From Kipferlia bialata (lineage: Eukaryota): DNA of 32,915 bases. A model generated the notes under the pieces. The model did no database searches and was not told where the DNA came from. It saw only the letters and a list, made by a program, of their open reading frames with translations. Numbering within the stretch: the first letter of the stretch is position 1; each line of letters opens with the position of its first letter. Below are positions 13,305 through 24,447 of this stretch, piece by piece. The stretch spans positions 1 to 32,915 of the forward strand of contig BDIP01000083.1 in assembly GCA_003568945.1 (NCBI GenBank). Reading direction: 5' to 3'. The position numbers were made by a program, and so were the translations under genes.

Positions 13305-16300
13305 ACCCCCAGTTGACACCCTTGTCCACATGCACCTGTCAGGCCTCAAGAGTGACCTCAGTGCTAGGTGGGGGGCAATGCCTTATGTACTCAATACATG
13401 ATTTATATACTGTATATATACTGTATATATACTGTATATGTAGGTGGGTGGCAGTGTTGTATATATACTCTATATACATGCGGTACCAGTGGTGCGTAGC
13501 TCTATAGACACCATCTCTTCCACTTCCTTGATGTGAGTAGAGTGCACTCTCTCCTTACCCCCCAGGTACCTGGGTCCCAGGGCCAGAATGGGCATTGCTA
13601 GGTTCATAGGTATAGTAATAGTGATTTGTTATAGTGTACATAGGTATTTGTAGGTATGGGCACTACAGTAGATACAGATTCATAGTCACACATGTTGGGT
13701 ATGGACAGTGATGATACACCAGTCCAGAGAACCACACACCCTCTCTCTCTATCTCTCTCTCTCTCTCTCTCTCACACTCTAGGCCTTCTTCACAAGCGCG
13801 AGGTGTTCTCCAACGCAGAGTTTGTGTACATCTGTCACAAGAGTGTGACATGCAAGATCAGGTGGGTCGAATAGGTGTAGTATGTGCCCAATTGTGTACC
13901 TAGAGTGTCTTTTGCACCCTCCCTTATAGTATGTATACTGTTATAGTATATATGTATATGCATATGTATACCTTACGACTAGACTTGTCCCCGTGGGCAC
14001 TGAGACACCTTCACCTGCCAAGGAGAAGAGCAGGGAGAGGGAGAGAGAGAGAGAGAGACCCAAGGGAGAGGAGGAGGAGGAGGAGGAGGATGATACGCCT
14101 CCCCCCATCGAGAGCATTCTGGAGAATGTCACAGGTACCATACTCATACACATGTATATATATGTGACACACCTATATGACAGAGGTTGGTACATATATG
14201 GAGATAGATATAGATAGATGTATGGATGTACGTATACTACCACTTCTAACCCAGGCATGGCTGTTCTAGACCCCGATGCTTCATATTTATAGATATATAT
14301 ACTAATACTATATGATTCTACTACCCCCAGGCATGTAGATACACATCCCTATATTAATATATATATGGTATAGATATATATATACTACTAATACTATCTC
14401 CTCTGTTGACCCAGGCATGGCTGTGCTAGACCCGGATGCCCCATATTGATGTATGTATATATATATATATATGTTTGGATGTACATGGATATGCTACCAA
14501 TTCTCTTTTAAATATATATTGACCCAGGCATGGCTGTCCTGGACCCCGATGCCCCCGATGACTGGTTCAGAGTGCTGGTGCTGGCAGAGCTCATGAAGGT
14601 ATTAGAGTATATGTAGTATCAGTATCAGCATCAGTATCGAGCATATATACATGTGTATATAACATCACCTAGACATGTGTATCAGAGTGCTGGTGCTGGC
14701 AGAGCTCATGAAGGTATATATGGTCATATATATACAATTTCTCATATATGAGTATATACATGTGTGTATTTATATATATGTGTCAGAGTGCTGGTGCTGG
14801 CAGAGCTCTTGAAGGTATAGTGTATGTATATGCACTCTTAGAAATAGAACAATATAGTATATATACATATATATATGTGTGTGTGTGTGTCAGAGTGCTC
14901 TTGCTGGCAGAGCTCATGAAGGTATATTCAGATAGCGTATATGTATATGCACTCTTCATATATTCACTCTATATGTGTGTGTCAGAGCTGGTGCTGGCAG
15001 AGCTCGTGGGGTATAGTGTATATAGTAAACAGATATATAGTATATCAATATATATATTTGTGTGTGTGTGTGTGTGTGTGTCAGGGCTGGCAGAGCTCAT
15101 GGGGGTATGGATGTTGTGGTGATACATATAGTGTAAATATTGCAACAAAATGTGTTCAAGATCTAACAATCAGGGCTTCTCCCACATGACTGGCAAGCAG
15201 CCCCTGAAGCGGTACAGACAGTCAGTGAGGTACATATATAATTACTTATCTTCAAGTATTTTCATATTACTAAATCGTTCTATGTGCCATCATACTCTAT
15301 CCTTATACATATGTGTATATGGAAAGCAGCCCCTGAAGCGGTACAGACAGTCAGTGAGGTATATATAAATAAGATTTCACTCCCTCAGGTGCATGTATAG
15401 GTTTATGGTACAGGTATATATACCTATGCATCTCACCCCCCAGACTGATAGTGGACTGGGTCTTGCCTATCTATTCTCTATATAGATGTATGATATATAT
15501 ATAAATATAGTTATTATATATCTATGCACCTCACCCCCCAGACTGCTAGTGGACTGAGTATTGCCTATCTATTCTCTATGTAGATATATGATACAGATTT
15601 GAGTATAGATATGTGTGATCTCACCCCCCAGGTAGATGTATGATATAGTCATGATTATAGTTATTATATATAGATGCATCTAACCCCCCAGACTGCTGGT
15701 GGACTGGGTCCTGGCTCTGTACTACACCAAGAGGACAGTCAAGCTGCAGCAGGAGAGGGAGGCTGACATACAATCCAGGGAGAGAGAGAGAGAGAGGCAG
15801 CGGGAGGAGAGAGAGTCGGGGCATGCATCGTGGAAGGACAGGGACAGAGAGACCCAGAGGCTCAGAGGTAGGGGTATATATATATGCATACATATATATA
15901 TATATATGCATACATCCATATGTATATATCTCTTGACACAGAGGCTCAGAGGTAGGGGTAGGGAGTAAGATATAGTGTGTACAGTATATGCATACATCCA
16001 TATATATATATATCCATTCACATACCTCCATCCTTACTCTCCCAGGCCGCAGCAGGGCCCTGGACGGTGTCCCCCTGCATGTAGGCCCTGCCCTGTCCGT
16101 CATGTCCCAGAGCATAGCACTGATACTGGACAAGGGGGGGTCGAGGTATATATAGTGTATACTATACAGTAGAGTGAGTATATATATATATGTCCCAGAG
16201 CATAGCACTGATACTAGACAAGGGGGGGTCAAGGTATATCTAGTATATAGCATATAGTAGAGTGACTATATATATATATATGTCCCAGAGTATAGCACTG

Positions 16301-19300
16301 ATACTGGACAAGGGGGGGTCGAGGTATGGTTGTATCTTGCCTGACGATATCAATGACATTATATCCTCGAAGTGCTCCTCCCTTTCCCTATAAGTATGTC
16401 TGTAGTCTCACCCCAGGGGCAAGTGTGCTGACCTCTCTGCCATCAGGAGTGAGAGACAGGTGGGTGTACTGCTATATATATATGTGTATACATATTGTGC
16501 TATCTATACTATACGAGAATTGGTAGCAGTGAGTACTGGTGTGAGAGACAGGTGGGTGTACTGGTAAATATGTAAATCTGGATATGAATATCAATGTGTG
16601 TTCTCAATACTACGCCACACCTATATCCACAAGAGAGTGTTGGTGTATATATCTATCAATATATTATTGTATATATACATACTATTGACCCTTAGGTATC
16701 CCTAGCCGGTATATATGTATGTATATGAGTGTTTTTACATACTTCTGACCCCAGGTCTCCCTAGCCCTCAAGAGAGTACTGGTGGCTGAGAAGACACAGG
16801 CAAAGGGGTACGGCAGGATATATATATATATATATATTCTATAGTATGTGTATAGTATAGTATATATATATATGTGTGTGTGTATTCTGCACGGCAGGAT
16901 ATACTGGTGTAGTAGTAGTAGCAGAAGACTTGTGTGTTACTCACTTGTTTGTTACTCACACACCTGTATTGTAATGAATACCCGTGATGTATGTCCTCAC
17001 TCTAGCACCTACCTGTCATGTCCATATGCATATCTTAGTCTATATGCATCTATATGTCCATATGTATATATACTAAGTATATATATATATAGTGTATATA
17101 TTCTAATCCCAGCCCCTCTGACTCTCTGCACGGCAAGGAGGCCCAGCTCTCAATGGACATGGCCGAGGTATGTGTGTATATATATATATATAAGTAGGTA
17201 TTTAGTTAGATATATAGTTGGGTATGGATAGATATTGGTGGATAGATATAAGGAGGCCCAGCTCTCAATGGACATGGCCGAGGTGGGTGTATATGATTGT
17301 ATTGTTATAACGGAACACTGTATGCATATAGATAGATACATAGATATGGGTATATGGGTGTATGTGTGTGTCATTGCATCCCCACCCCCAGGCGGATGAG
17401 TCCCAGGACGAGGCATATCTATATATATATATATATATACAAATATGTAGATTGATATATATGTATATATATACTTATTTTATATATACCCCCTTCCCCC
17501 AGGCCGATGAGTCCCAGGACGAGGCAGATGAAGACGACGACGAAGGGGAGGAGGAAGAGGAGAGTGAGGTAGGGACACATTGATTGGATGATTGATTATA
17601 TATATGATTAATTTGATGATTGATTTGATGATTGATTTGATGATTGACTTGATGATTGATTGTTCAGGAGGAGAGCGACGGTGAGGAGGAGAGAGCGCGC
17701 CTCGAGGAAGAGAGAGAGAGGGAGATTGCCAGGGAGCTAGATGACAGAGACTTTGACCGTTTGTTGACCGGTGTCCTTCAGTCAGGTGGGGACAGTGTCA
17801 GATACTGATATATATATTGTAAGTATGGAATAAGGTATATGATATATGTCTGATACTGATGTCCTTCAGTCAGGTGGTCTGGCATTATGTGTATGTATCA
17901 TATGTATACTCGTAGATGTCTCTACATGGGTCGATACATTTACCACAAGTCTTTCATGTGGAGTTCCTCTGGCCTCCATGCCCTCACACTGATACACAGT
18001 CTCTGGACCCTGCAGGGCATGTGTATACTATACTGCACATACTATGTGTTCATACTATATACTATGCATGTACTATGTCTACCTATGCACATTCTGTCTT
18101 TGTGCTTCCCGCCTCCACTTACCCCTCAGCCTCTAGACCAGCTGCCAGACAGCTACACGAACTCCCAACCAAGGTTAGTCTGTGTGTGTATATACTGGGG
18201 TAGTGTACGTCAACCAAGTTTAGTCTGGTGTAATGTCCTAAACCGTATGATATGGTTACTAGTTGATATGTTGTGCGGTGTGTCGGTCTTAGACTGGCCA
18301 TATACAGAAAGAGAAAGGCAATGCCCTCCCAATGTCTCTCCCATTCTGACCACAGTACATCGAGCCCACAATCATCCACGTCAAGACAAGTCAAGACGTG
18401 GTCCAGGTTGGTCAGAGGGGGGTCTCTGTTGGTCAACGCCAGGGAATGGCTGCTCTGCCAGCTACAGGTGCTGGACCCTTCGCCGGTGGCAGTGGGGCTG
18501 ATCTGGACGTCTCGGCCGTCTCATTCATATCTCGCAACAAGCACAACAAGGTTGTGGCCACCGAGGTATGTGCCTTGTCTGGACTCATATACTCTGTATA
18601 CACAGGGGATATCAGTGTTTACTACCCTCTCTTTGGGGGTTACTCACGTTACTCTAATCATACACCACTTTCCCACCCCCCAGGTCCTCCTAGGGTCAGC
18701 CGTGAGTGACTTTGCTCTAGACCGGCAGAGACTGCAGGAGAGAGAGGCTGAGAGGGCAAGGGTCAACAGGTATGGGCATGTGTATGTATGTGTATGTGTA
18801 TGCATTATGTGCATATCATACCTCCCCCAGGTACATCCTTCGGACATGATAGTATATGTATATGTTTATGATAGTATATGTATAATAGAATATATACCAT
18901 ACCTCCCCCCAGGTACATCCTTCGGACAGTGGAGGAGACAGAGGCCGAGGCAGAGGCAGAGGCCCAGAGGTACATTGTGTATTGTGTCATTCTTTATATA
19001 TATAGATAGATGGATGGATAGTGTACATAGTCATATGGTGTGGAGGAGACAGAGGCAGAGGCACAGAGGTACGGTGTTATTCTCTACATGTACCACATAC
19101 TGTAGGTGTGTGTGTTATGCTCTACATGTTCCATATACTATATATGTATGGGTGTTTGGGGGATGACCGTGCCACATTCTTCCCAGTTACGCTGTAACAA
19201 TGAGCATATATATATATACACACACCTTCTATGCATGTACTCTCTCCCTATGTATAACCTCACACCTAGGGATGCCTGGTATCATATTCTGGTATCATAT

Positions 19301-19853
19301 ACTACAATACCTAAGGATATGTAATTTTTCCATATCTCTACTAACCCCAGGGATGCCTGGTATCATACTATATATATGTATACCCTCACCATATATACCT
19401 ATGTTTGTGTACTACTATGTATACTCTACTATATATGCCCTACTATATGCCCATGTATACTTGTGCTTACTCTAGGGATGCCTGGAGACACAGCAGGGGC
19501 AGGGGGACTAGGGGGCACTCACAGGGTGGGTGGTATACACTATACAGTAATTGATATACTCTTAACCGCTTATCCCCACAACCCCTTAACCCCTATACCT
19601 TTTCCCCTTATGCATTAACCCCTTAGGTCAGAGGCGCAGAACAGACATCACATTGCACATCTAACATATATCATCTAACATATAACATCTAACATCTAGC
19701 ATCATACATCTATCATCTAACATCTCTCATCTAACATCATACCTCTATCATCTATCATCTGACATCTATCATCTATCATCTTAACCCCTTACCCCCTTAG
19801 GCCAGAGGGGCAGGGCAGACATCACCCGAGACCTGTTTGAGACATATGAGTGA
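1..19853 (+). CDS. UPF2: Regulator of nonsense transcripts 2 (UPF2/NMD2), multi-MIF4G protein; about 55 short exons, 5' end outside window
   Basis: Phase-consistent exons joined by hand, e.g. 265-344, 486-574, 1476-1531, 2976-3103, 6867-6916, 7057-7116, 7395-7461, 8103-8273, 8606-8673, 9096-9163, 9361-9447, 9851-9918, 10520-10579, 14528-14598, 19801-19853 (TGA). Peptides LLRQLPHLLSRDEADTWCYQY, SLPFVCRVIATL, RVFNARYVCELVKF, DIEVVCTTLESLGRYL, LLEQSINLVHPP, PPKILQY and DPDAPDDWFRVLVLAELM match my recollection of UPF2 MIF4G-2/3 motifs. These are followed by an acidic tract (DEDDDEGEEEEESE) and a C-terminal segment resembling the UPF1-binding region (DFDRLL...VSFISRNKHNK...SDFALDRQRLQEREAERARV). 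The join is interrupted by the N-gap. Confidence 0.9.
1290..1850 (+). repeat. Intronic echo copies of the edges of exon 1476-1531
   Basis: Acceptor+GGGCCCCGGTGTCCTGTACCCTGTGC at ~1385; GGGACAGCTCAAGCTSAGTGTGCCAG-GT at ~1594, ~1715, ~1817. Confidence 0.95.
5760..6300 (+). repeat. Serial copies of acceptor+exon start (ACCCMYAG-GACTACMCCCCCTCCG) before exon 6289-6357
   Basis: Copies at ~5831, 5923, 6022, 6091, 6192 (plus a degenerate one at ~5771), separated by TA-rich spacers. Confidence 0.95.
10822..10953. other. Assembly gap (N run) inside UPF2
   Basis: Run of n characters, flanked on both sides by copies of CCCAG-AGGAGGAGGCAGCCAGAAAGGGTG; may hide exon sequence. Confidence 0.99.
14240..15110 (+). 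repeat. Echo array around exon 14528-14598
   Basis: Upstream CCCAG-GCATG(GCTGT) copies at ~14255, 14331, 14415; downstream CAGAGTGCTGGTGCTGGCAGAGCTCATGAAG-GT-like copies at ~14684, 14784, 14891, 14983, 15082. Confidence 0.95.
17580..17662. repeat. GATTGATTTGAT-type minisatellite in a UPF2 intron
   Basis: Tandem degenerate GATTGATTTGAT units fill most of a ~100 bp intron. Confidence 0.85.
19655..19782. repeat. 7-bp CATCTAA/CATCTAT minisatellite in the last UPF2 intron
   Basis: Repeated catctaa/catctat units. Confidence 0.85.
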
Positions 19854-19890
19854 GACATACGAGTGAGACATATGAGTGAGACATACGAGT
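19839..19890 (+). repeat. 4 x 13-bp tandem repeat GAGACATAYGAGT spanning the UPF2 stop codon
   Basis: Units at 19839, 19852, 19865, 19878, alternating T/C. Confidence 0.95.
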
Positions 19891-20054
19891 AGCATGGAGT
19901 AGTGTTGGCTCTAGGGGCATACGCTTAGTGAACAATCAACTCTGTGTGTCTGTTGATATCATCATGTCATTGATTGAATGGTTTACGGCAATAGAACCAC
20001 TGATTCACTCAAGGTTAGTGGGACACCACAACTCTCACTCATCATTGCTTTCCC

Positions 20055-21366
20055 CTATGTATCCCCCGCCTTCTCCTCTCCACTACCCGTCTCTCTCTCC
20101 TGCTGAAACACATGTATGGTGGTATCGCAGCGGGTACGGGTCTCCAAGGCATCACCCGCCTCCTCGTCCCCCACTCTTGTAATCGCATGAGAGGTTAAGA
20201 GTCCACCCACGTCGTCTGTATTCCAGTGAGGAGGCTCCCCATTCAGACTCAAATCAAGGTCAAGCTGCCTTGGGGTGAGACATAGACATCATGAATCACT
20301 ATGCTAGAGTCGTGAAGGGGGGTAATGTAAAGTATGGATAAATGATTGGGGGAGAGATACTACTTGACAGAAAGAGGGGGGGGGGGAGGTGACACAATGA
20401 TGTATCCAGGTGGAAGAGGTACAAATACTAATAGTATTACTAATACTAAGTATTAGTTACTGTGCACATAGATGAGAATCTGATAAGAGTGTGTGAGACC
20501 AGAGACAAATACCGTACAACTGAGATACCACAACATACCCCAGCATCTCTGTGACTGCAGCAACATAGGATGTCTTCTGCTCTTCTAACCCATCCGCTGC
20601 TTTCAGAGGACCACTCCTTGTCAACAGCTGTAGATAGTGTTCCTCGACCCGACGCTCTAGGTCTGACCATCTCTTCCAGCCACTCACATACTCCGGGGGG
20701 AGGTAGTAGAGCTGGCATCTGAGCTCTTCAGCGGCAGCACCTCTGTCGTCCCTATCCATGCAGGACACATACCGTCTGTCGTTCAGCACACTGTACGCCA
20801 GGGCCAACTCACGCAAGGTCTCGTCATACTCTTGGGCATAGTACTCTGCCAGGCCAGGCCCCTCGTACCTGGCACCATCCAGCTTCTCCTGGTACTCCTC
20901 CTGCCCATCCATCACGGCCAGGAAGAAGTCCTCCATGTCCTCGTAGTGCTCCTTCAAGTCAATGGCCTCACTCTCCTTGTCAAGAAGGCGCTGATGCTCT
21001 ACCTCTTCCTCCCAGAGACAGCATTGGTTTCTGAGGTGCTCCTTTAGAACAAGCTGTCTGGATATAAGGCAGGGGGAGGAAGAGACGGAAAAAGAGGATG
21101 AGAGAGAAGACAGAACAATAGAAGCTGGCTGAAAGTTTGTCATACCTTAGTACCAACACATATAGTCTCAGTGGGATCTCCCCGTAACTCACACTGACCC
21201 AGTCCTTGTCTGCTTGCCTAGAAGTGAGACCAAACCTATACATACATATATTACTATGCAAGTCGATTCCCTACAAAGGTACATACCTCATCATGGACAG
21301 TATGGATTCTACATGGGAGTTCTTGAGGTGGAATATCGCATCAGCCTTGATCTTGTTGAGGGACAT
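20055..21366 (-). CDS. Hypothetical acidic, helical protein of about 300 aa, 4 exons
   Basis: Exons MSLNKIKADAIFHLKNSHVESILSMM (ATG 21366), RFGLTSRQ..LYVLVL, RQLVLKEHL..VTEMLG (long exon ~21059-20539) and QLDLDLSLNGEPP..AGDT* (to 20055), joined through GT-AG introns; no family recognised. Confidence 0.7.
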
Positions 21367-21882
21367 TGGTAGATCTAATAGAGATACAGATAGAGATACA
21401 GATAGAGATACCTCTTTCAATTGGGAATTTCGAAATTGAGAAAGAAACCCGGATTTTTCCGATTTGATTTCCAAAAGTTGGTCGACCAAAGGGACCCAGG
21501 GGATAGCAGAGGCGGTGGAAGAGAATATGGAGGTTCACACGAGAGAGAGAGGGTAGGTGCTTGTTCTGCGTCTCCTTGGGGTAAGGCTAGGGTGAGCAAA
21601 GACAGTAGGGGGAAGGGGGAGGGAGAGAGAGAGAGTTCAGACTCCACTTCTGTATCCCTTTGGCTATGTCCACATTGTTACAATGTGACATTGTGGATGA
21701 CAGCTGTCTGTACTGTGCTCCCGGAGCACTGCTCCCTATGCAATGCTACACCACAAGGAATGGTTTTAGACCAGAAGTCATACTTTACATTCTACCAAGG
21801 CTACATAGTGTATTGAGAAATGAACCAGCAGGGGGGGCTTGTTCTAACACCACAAGTTGTGGGATACCATGTGTTGGATAAC

Positions 21883-24430
21883 ACTCCTTAGGGAAACACT
21901 AGAGTACATCAGTCACTGATGATCAGTCTGCGGGTGTGCTCCTCTTGTACCAAAGCATTGCCTTCTGCTACTGCCATACCCTGTCGAGCATGATTTGGAT
22001 CAGGTCCTGCCTCATCACATCGTACCTGATAATTGGAGAGAGTGGGTTATGTGAATAGATGACACGCCAGAATATATATTGGACCACTGCCTCCCAGTGG
22101 AAAGAGTGTCACATATATTAGTATATACGTATACAACCAATTTATATACATACTACTTGCCAAGACGCAAAGATTCGCAACGTGTCTCTGTTCTTGTGTC
22201 ATACACATATGAATACCCACAATATATAATACACCTACACAAGTTGTACGGGTCCCGTCATCATCTATCCACCGACTCCTATCATTATGCAGCTCCCGAA
22301 TGTAAGCCATCAGAGTCCTGTGGTCCTTCAGGGGCATCTTGAGGAGCTCATCCTTAGTGTATATACGTATGGGGCACACAGGCTGGGGTGAGAGATATGT
22401 CTGCCTTGACATATGAACATACAAAGGATAGACATCATGATACTTCATCCTTGCCTGTCCAGCTATGGCAAAGAATACTATTGATGAGCAGACATATATC
22501 GAACCCACCTGCTCCTCCCGGGTTCCCCTACTATAGTAGTGTGTGAGGGTGGTAGGCCTGCTGCCTGCTGATGGCTCTGTATGTACATCCCTACACGTAT
22601 CCGTAGGGTCACGTTCACACTGCGTCGAGGCATCTGAGGTCTCCTTGGTATATGTGCCACACTGTGTAGATGCATCTGTGTGAGTAAGCATGTCAGTGTT
22701 GTTACTATGTCAGTGACATAATGTCACATAGTCTATGAGTGCTAAGGGTACTAGACTGCCTACTAGACACCAGCACTAAAGTGTATAGAGACTCTACAAT
22801 ACCTCTTGTCAGGACAGAACCGGTCTTGGATGTCACAGTATCCATATGCGTAATGTTCCACTGTGACTGCTAGAGAGAAGTCATCATATACCTCCAAAAC
22901 CTTTAAGATAATAGGGGGCAAAGACTCCGGTGATCCTCTTTTGCTCGGCCTTGACTAAAATGGACTGAGACGACAGGCGAAGAGCACAGAGAGTAATGGA
23001 GAGCATGTTAATAGCTCACATTTCCCACATCGTGAATATACACACACATTTATGAGGGCTTGCGGTACTGCCGTACAATCAGAACGCACTCCTTAGGGAA
23101 ACACTAGAGTACATCAGTCTGCGGGTGTGCTCCTCTTGCACCCAGGCATTGCCGCCTTCTCCTCCCTAACCCTGTCGAGCAGGATTTGGATCAGGTCCTG
23201 CCTCATCACATCGTACCTGATAATGGGAGAGAGTGGGTTATGTGAATAGATGACACGCCAGAATATATATTTTGGTGTTACATATATTAGTATATACGTA
23301 TACAGCCAATATGTATACATACTACTACTTGCCAAGACGCAAAGATTCGCAACGGGTCTCTGTTTTTGCGTCACACACATATGTATACCCACAATATATA
23401 TAGTATACCTATTCCAAGTCGTACGGGTCCCGTCATCATCTATCCACCGACTCCTATCATTATGTAGCTCTCTGATGTAAGCCATCAGAGCCCTGTGGTC
23501 CTTCAGGGGCATCCTGAGGAGCTCTTCCTTGGTGTATATACGTATGGGGCACACAGGCTGGGGTGAGAGATATGCCTGCACTGACATGTGTACATACAAG
23601 GGATACACGTCATGATACCTCATCCTTGCGTGTCCAGCTCTGGCAAAGAATAGCATTGATGACCAGAGATATATCGAACCCACCTGCTCCTCCTGGGTTC
23701 CCCTACTATAGTGTGTGAGAGAGACAGGGGCGCTGTCTGCACAGGGCAGTGTGTGTACATCCCTATCCATATACTTAGGGTCACGTCCACACTGCGTGGA
23801 TGCATCTGAAGTCTCCTTGGTATATGTGCCACACTGTGTTGATGCATCTGTGTGAGTAAGCATGTCAGCGTTGTTACTACTAATTGTGCCAAGGGCGCTA
23901 GACTGCCTACTAAACCCTAGCACTATAATGTATAGAGACTCTACAATACCTCTTGTCAGCATAGGACCGGTTTCGGATGGCACAGCGTCCATGTGCGACA
24001 CGGGGCACTCCTGATATAAGATGGGGGGGAACGTATTCATACCAGTAAACCATAGAATCGTGGCTTAGTGCTAGAATAGTTAGAGCTGTAAGTGCTAACG
24101 ATATGGAAGCCGGGATATACACAACCGATTAGAGAGAGCTCAATCCTAACAGAGGCACAGCATTTCTCATTCACTGAATGTATCACTGACCAGTCTCTCA
24201 AGCATAGATCTACCTGTGACTGCTAGAGAAGTCATCATATACTCCCAAAACCATCAAGATAATAGGGGGCAAAAACTCCGGTTCCTCCGGTGATCCTCTT
24301 TTGCTCGCCTTGACTAAAATGGACTGAGACGACAGGCGGAGAGCACAGAGAGTAATGGAGAGCATGATAATAGCTCACGCTTCCCACATGATGAATATAC
24401 ACACACATACATTCTAGAGGGGTTGCGGTA
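21883..24430. repeat. Tandem segmental duplication, units ~21883-23075 and ~23088-24430
   Basis: Both units begin ACTCCTTAGGGAAACACTAGAGTACATCAGTC and are colinear; ORF translations 22047-22691 and 23114-24040 are clearly paralogous. Confidence 0.95.
21924..23075 (-). pseudogene. Diverged, probably degenerate paralog of the 23114-24447 gene
   Basis: Lacks about 200 bp equivalent to ~24000-24213, has small indels in the SILVKAS exon (AAGGCCGAGC vs AAGGCGAGC) and lacks the equivalent upstream end. Confidence 0.5.
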
Positions 24431-24447
24431 CAGGGGCAAAGTTGCAT
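23114..24447 (-). CDS. Hypothetical multi-exon protein with two DASTQC repeats (more intact copy); start uncertain
   Basis: Candidate exons SILVKASKRGSPEEPEFLPPIILMVLGVYDDFSSSH, ..MDAVPSETGPMLTR, ..DASTQCGTYTKETSDASTQC..GTQEEQ, PVCPIRIYTKEELLRMPLKDHRALMAYIRELHNDRSRWIDDDG.., YDVMRQDLIQILLDRVREEK..PAD*, with CTCACCCCAG-type acceptors and GT donors. Confidence 0.55.

Noticed and set aside
16790..16812. Possible GC donor (CAG-GCAAAG)
   Set aside because: The GT donor 8 nt further on gives the phase needed by the next exon
17887..19166. Long ORFs 17887-18501 and 18273-19166 as separate genes
   Set aside because: They read through UPF2 introns and exons, partly in the wrong frame
145..19618. Dozens of ORFs rich in Y/I/C/V or SLSL
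   Set aside because: Translations of TA, TG and GA microsatellites that lack stops; the true coding pieces are short exons
21883..24430. Direct repeats as LTRs of a retroelement
   Set aside because: Units are nearly adjacent, contain spliced gene structure, and no gag/pol, primer-binding site or target-site duplication is evident
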